Of a DNA stretch of 25,489 nucleotides, positions 21,396-25,489 are shown in pieces. The DNA is from Octopus sinensis (taxonomy: Eukaryota). The position numbers and the translations under genes are program-made. Every line of letters begins with the position of its first letter. Position 1 is the first letter of the stretch. Under the pieces are notes generated by a model that did not search any database, was not told the DNA's origin, and worked only from the letters and a program-made list of their open reading frames with translations. Location: NCBI RefSeq assembly GCF_006345805.1, contig NW_021836116.1, forward strand, positions 1 through 25,489, read 5' to 3'.

Positions 21396-21760
21396 CTTCT
21401 TCTTCTTCTTCTTCTTCTTCTTCTTCTTCTTCTTCTTCTTCTTCTTCTTCTTCTTTTCTACTTCTTATTATTTTCTTCTTCTTCTCCTCCTACTTCTGCT
21501 CCTCCTCCTTCTTTTTCTTCTCCACCTTCTTCTTCTTCTTCTTCTTCTTCTCTTCTTCTTCCTTCTCTTCCTTCTTCTTCTTCTTCTTCTTCTTTTTGTC
21601 CCTCCTCCTTCTCCTCCTCCTCCTCTTCTTTTCTTTCTTCAACTCCTTCTTTTCTTCTTCTCCTCTCCTCCTCCTCCTCCCTCCTCCTCCTTCTTTCTTT
21701 CTGTTTCTTCTTCTCTCTTCTTCTTCTTCTTCTTCTACTCTGTCTTCGTCTGCTTCTTCT
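21396..21760 (+). repeat. Degenerate (CTT)/(CCT) polypyrimidine tract
   Basis: About 360 bp almost purely C/T on the plus strand. Confidence 0.96.
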
Positions 21761-21877
21761 GATTATTATTATTATTATTATCATTATTATTATTATTATT
21801 ATATTTTATTATTATTATTATTATTATCATTATTATTATTATCATTATTATCATCATTATTATTATTATTATTATTA

Positions 21878-21908
<31 letters not shown>

Positions 21909-22064
21909 CATTATTATTATTATCATTATTATTATTATTATTATTAGTATTATCATTATTATTATTATCATATTTTATTATCATTATCATTATTATTATA
22001 TCATTATTATTATTATTATTATTATTATCATTATTATTTTTATATTTGTATCATTATTATTTTA

Positions 22065-22095
<31 letters not shown>

Positions 22096-22204
22096 CATTA
22101 TTATTATTATCATTATTATTATTATTATCATTATTATTAATATCATTATTATTATTATTATTATTAGTATTATCATTATTATTATTATCATTATTATTAT
22201 TATC
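21761..22204 (+). repeat. (ATT)/(ATC) microsatellite
   Basis: Direct reading. Confidence 0.97.
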
Positions 22205-22850
22205 AATATATCATGAGAAACCTCAGTTTTCCTTTTGGTGAGTATGATGGAAAGTGCCCGCTTACGGATATGACACTTGTTTACTGATCGTGCTTCAAAA
22301 ATCCAGAGGAGAAAGAACTCTAGTAGTTCCAAGCAATAATGATGTTTGTAGGTATTCCCTCTTTACATTTGTTTCTATCATTTTCAGTCATGTCGGCAGT
22401 CGTGTGCAGATATTTACAACTGCATCAATCAGTTCTGATATCACTTCCACTTTTTCATTGCAAGCAACCGGCGTATTTCCTTCTCCAATTCATCAAAGGT
22501 CACTCTGTCTTCTTTCAATTCGATCTTGTTCTCACGAGGATATGCAGTGTCAAATATCAGGAAAATTTTCTTTTTTCTTTTCCACTCTACAATAATCTTA
22601 GATTTTCGATGATTAAATTGATGATCACAGCGAATCTTTGCATCCCACAGGATTTTTCAATCCTCATTTTCAGTCACGCTGACATTTTATCGTTCCGTGG
22701 CATGTTATCATTTTTCAAACTGCCGTAATGCTTTGCAATTTTGAAAGAATCTCTTTTTTGGATGCCCTTAATTTGGTTCTCGAATTTTTGTTTTTAATAT
22801 ATATTCCGGTTATATTTGACAGATTCCTTCATTGCAGTTGTACCATTTCG
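22205..22850 (-). mobile_element. R4/Dong-type LINE 3' fragment (C), heavily decayed
   Basis: Minus strand VTENED*KILWDAKIRCDHQFNHRKSKIIV, IFDTAYPRENKIELKE and QTSLLLGTTRVL are restriction-like endonuclease motifs. The 3' end abuts (AAT)n. Confidence 0.75.
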
Positions 22851-22869
22851 TTCTTAATCCCCAAAACGC

Positions 22870-23262
22870 CAAACAGATAAGAATTCTTTTGCTTAAATTT
22901 CTATGTTTTTTTGACACCTCTTATATTTCGAGCACCTTCCGGAGTATTCGATCGGTTCCAAGCAGTGCTATTTTCCACCATTATTGCAGCCCCTATTTGT
23001 TCCACGTACTTCTCGAGATTTTTGCTCACCGTTCCCAGGTCTCCGACAATGATTCGTACTACTACCACCTTTTTCAGCTACTACAAATGCTTAACTTCCC
23101 AAGCTAACCTGTCATATCTCTCAACTTTTCTTTCTTCCTTGCCACATACCTTGTTGTCAGCTGGGCATGCTATATCTATGATCCAGCATAGTTTGTTTTC
23201 TTTCTCAATTAAGACTATGTCCAGCTTCCTATTCTCTATCTCATGGTCGCACTGAATCATTA
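22870..23262 (-). mobile_element. R4/Dong-type LINE 3' fragment (D)
   Basis: Minus frame IQCDHEIENRKLDIVLIEKENKLCWIIDIACPADNKVCGKEERKVERYDRLAWEVKHL**LKKVVVVRIIVGDLG, then after a frameshift ALLGTDRILRKVLEI*. This is a PD-(D/E)xK-type endonuclease region. Confidence 0.88.
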
Positions 23263-23629
23263 AAGTTTCTGTTATATCTCCCCTTTACTAGTTTACATGT
23301 TTCGTCATAGAGTCTTTACTTCTTTTGCCTGATTACAGTCGCTACTGCATATCCTATTTTAATATCCTATTTTATTTAATCTAGTGATAGTAGTGTTTGT
23401 GGATATTCTAATGGAGTCTATGATAAACACGTTTGAGTTCACAATGCTGTTATTATAGTAATGATAAATTTTATAGCTGAACAATATTGCTCTTTTGTGG
23501 AATATTTCATTCTCTTTAATTCCCGAACGATTCCCACCTTTAAATTTTAATGGTCACGGTTTCCAGTATTAAATTCTTAAGAAATTCTTCCCTCAATAAT
23601 TTTAACAACAACAACCCCAATAATAATTA

Positions 23630-23848
23630 TTATTGTTATTTCAAATTTTTGCCACAAGGGCAGCATGGGAGACGTGGGGATGAGTCGATTACATCAACCC
23701 CAGTGTTCAGCGGGTAGTTATTTTATCGATCACGAATTGATGAAAAGCAAATTCAATTTCGGCTGAATCTGAACTCAGAATGTAACGACGGGCGAAATAC
23801 TGCTGAGTATATTGGCCAAATTTCTAACGATTCTGCCAGCTCACCGCC

Positions 23849-23850
<2 letters not shown>
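23630..23850 (-). mobile_element. Family D SINE
   Basis: GAGTCGATTACATCAACCCCAG...CTGAACTCAGAATGTAACG...CTAACGATTCTGCCAGCTCACCGCCTT. Confidence 0.85.

Positions 23851-23917
<67 letters not shown>
23851..23917 (+). repeat. Pure (AAT)n, left flank of Dong-like fragment E
   Basis: Direct reading. Confidence 0.98.
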
Positions 23918-23918
<1 letters not shown>

Positions 23919-24571
23919 GACATGACAGAGTCGGCCAGTATTTACATTGAACAATATGTCGGTATTATAAAATCAAAACCGCTGACAAATGGTATAAACA
24001 TCATCCTGAAGCTGTGACTGAGGGAGAAAATGTGTCGATTCTATGGCACTTACCCGTGCAGACCGACAGGACTATAAAAGCCAATAAACTGGATATTATT
24101 ATAAAAGATCAGACATAAAGGATGTGTTTATTAATTGACATGAGTATTCCTTGTGATCACAATATAGCGGCGAAAGAATTTGACAAGATTAATAAATATA
24201 AAGACCTGCCAATACAAATTGAAAAAATGTGACATCTCAAGGCGACTACAGTACCAGTGATTGTAGGATCTCTAGGAATGATAAAAAAAAAGGTACTGAA
24301 ACCTATTTGAAAATGATACCAGCTTACCATCCCTGAGGAAGTGCAAAAAATCGTAATTAACTGGAACGGCTCATGTACTGAGAAGAGCACTATCGCCGTG
24401 AAAATAACATCCATCCATGAATTTATTTATTTATTAATTTTTAAAATACATACTTTACCTGCGAATTTGCGCGTGTAATCTGGGAATGCATACAATGCCC
24501 TTCTCTGCCCTAGTTTATGGAAAACACTCGGCGAGAAACGGAAGAAAATTTGAAGAAAGGAAGAACAAAAC
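23918..24571 (+). mobile_element. R4/Dong-type LINE 5'-truncated copy (E) inside an AAT microsatellite
   Basis: Frame RHDRVGQYLH*TICRYYKIKTADKWYKHHPEAVTEGENVSILWHLPVQTDRTIKANKLDIIIKDQT*RMCLLIDMSIPCDHNIAAKEFDKINKYKDLPIQIEKM*HLKATTVPVIVGSLGMIKK, ending GTAHVLRRALSP* at 24401, then a 3' UTR. Confidence 0.92.
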
Positions 24572-24589
24572 ATAATAATAAAAATAATA

Positions 24590-24647
<58 letters not shown>

Positions 24648-24683
24648 AATAAAAATAATAATAATGATGATGATGATCATAAT

Positions 24684-24735
<52 letters not shown>
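24572..24735 (+). repeat. (AAT)n, right flank of fragment E
   Basis: Direct reading. Confidence 0.98.
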
Positions 24736-24738
<3 letters not shown>

Positions 24739-25064
24739 TTATCAGATAGTTTGGGATAGCAAATAGAACGGTGCCGTAGGCTTCAGGTGGCAAGCCTGCA
24801 TCTCATGCAAGATTCCAGGAATTTTCACAGAAACTGAATTTAAGGAATAATAATAGCAACAATATCAAGAATTCATAAAAATTTCCAAGCTTATGGAGAT
24901 CTCTCATGTGACTGCTTGACACCCTTCCATAGTGTACTACAAAAACAGCGAAGCAGATGTTAATGTCATTCGCCATAAGCGCATGCGCGGTTGTCTAATA
25001 AGAAATCAGCTCTCCAACCAGCTGGTTACCAGTTCAGTCCTGCTGCGGGGGTTCATTTTTTTAA

Positions 25065-25215
25065 ATTCGCGTAACTTACCGGTTCGGCAGAAAGAACCGG
25101 ATAGAATAGACACCAAGGTTCAGAAAAAAAAAATGTCGACTGAGTGACCTAAATCTTTCGAGGCATTGCTCCAGTATGATAGTTGTCTAATACCTGGAGG
25201 AATTAAAACATAAAA
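25065..25215 (+). mobile_element. Diverged family B SINE tail
   Basis: AACTTACCGGTTCGGCAGAAAGAACCGGATAGAATAG...TGCTCCAGTATG aligns with the family B 3' half. Confidence 0.6.
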
Positions 25216-25404
25216 AAGCATACTTCAGTGTTTTACTGAGGCTGGGCAGGGTTTCGTGCACAAATTCCGCTGGTTCCCATGCCTCGTCTTGGGTACTGGG
25301 TGCCAGGCGTATGGTACTGTACGTTTCACCTTTTTTTCTAGATGTCAATTACATATCTAGATGTTTGACAGTGATTCTTCAATTTTTTTTCTTTTTTTCA
25401 GAAT

Positions 25405-25489
25405 ATTGTTTTCTAATCTAGGCACATATCCCGATATACTGGGGGAGAGAGTAGTCGATTAGATCGATCCCAGTACGCAAATGATACTT
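25405..25489 (-). mobile_element. Family D SINE 3' fragment running off the window edge
   Basis: GTCGATTAGATCGATCCCAGTACGCAAATGATACTT. Confidence 0.6.

Noticed and set aside
22254-23255. Plus-strand ORFs of 91-129 aa
   Set aside because: Antisense shadows of the minus-strand R4/Dong fragments.

Overview
AT-rich, microsatellite-dense eukaryotic DNA, most likely from a coleoid cephalopod (Octopus-like; inferred from the SINE families and repeat landscape, not verified by search). I find no intact protein-coding gene. The supplied ORFs are microsatellite translations, SINE translations or antisense shadows of dead LINEs. The window is a repeat graveyard. It holds at least five tRNA-derived SINE families (about 20 copies or fragments, several with intact TSDs), an Hsmar1-like mariner MITE, a Helentron-like element and two CR1/L2-superfamily 3' ends. 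Five R4/Dong-type (restriction-like endonuclease) LINE 3' fragments cluster among AAT microsatellites, and there is a stop-disrupted FUBP/KHSRP-like C-terminal remnant. The most striking signal is at 17.1-17.9 kb. A perfect 148-bp inverted repeat carries a minimal type I hammerhead ribozyme motif in each arm, and a second, different hammerhead-like motif lies about 200 bp upstream. This is the signature of Penelope-like elements inserted in TA-rich targets.
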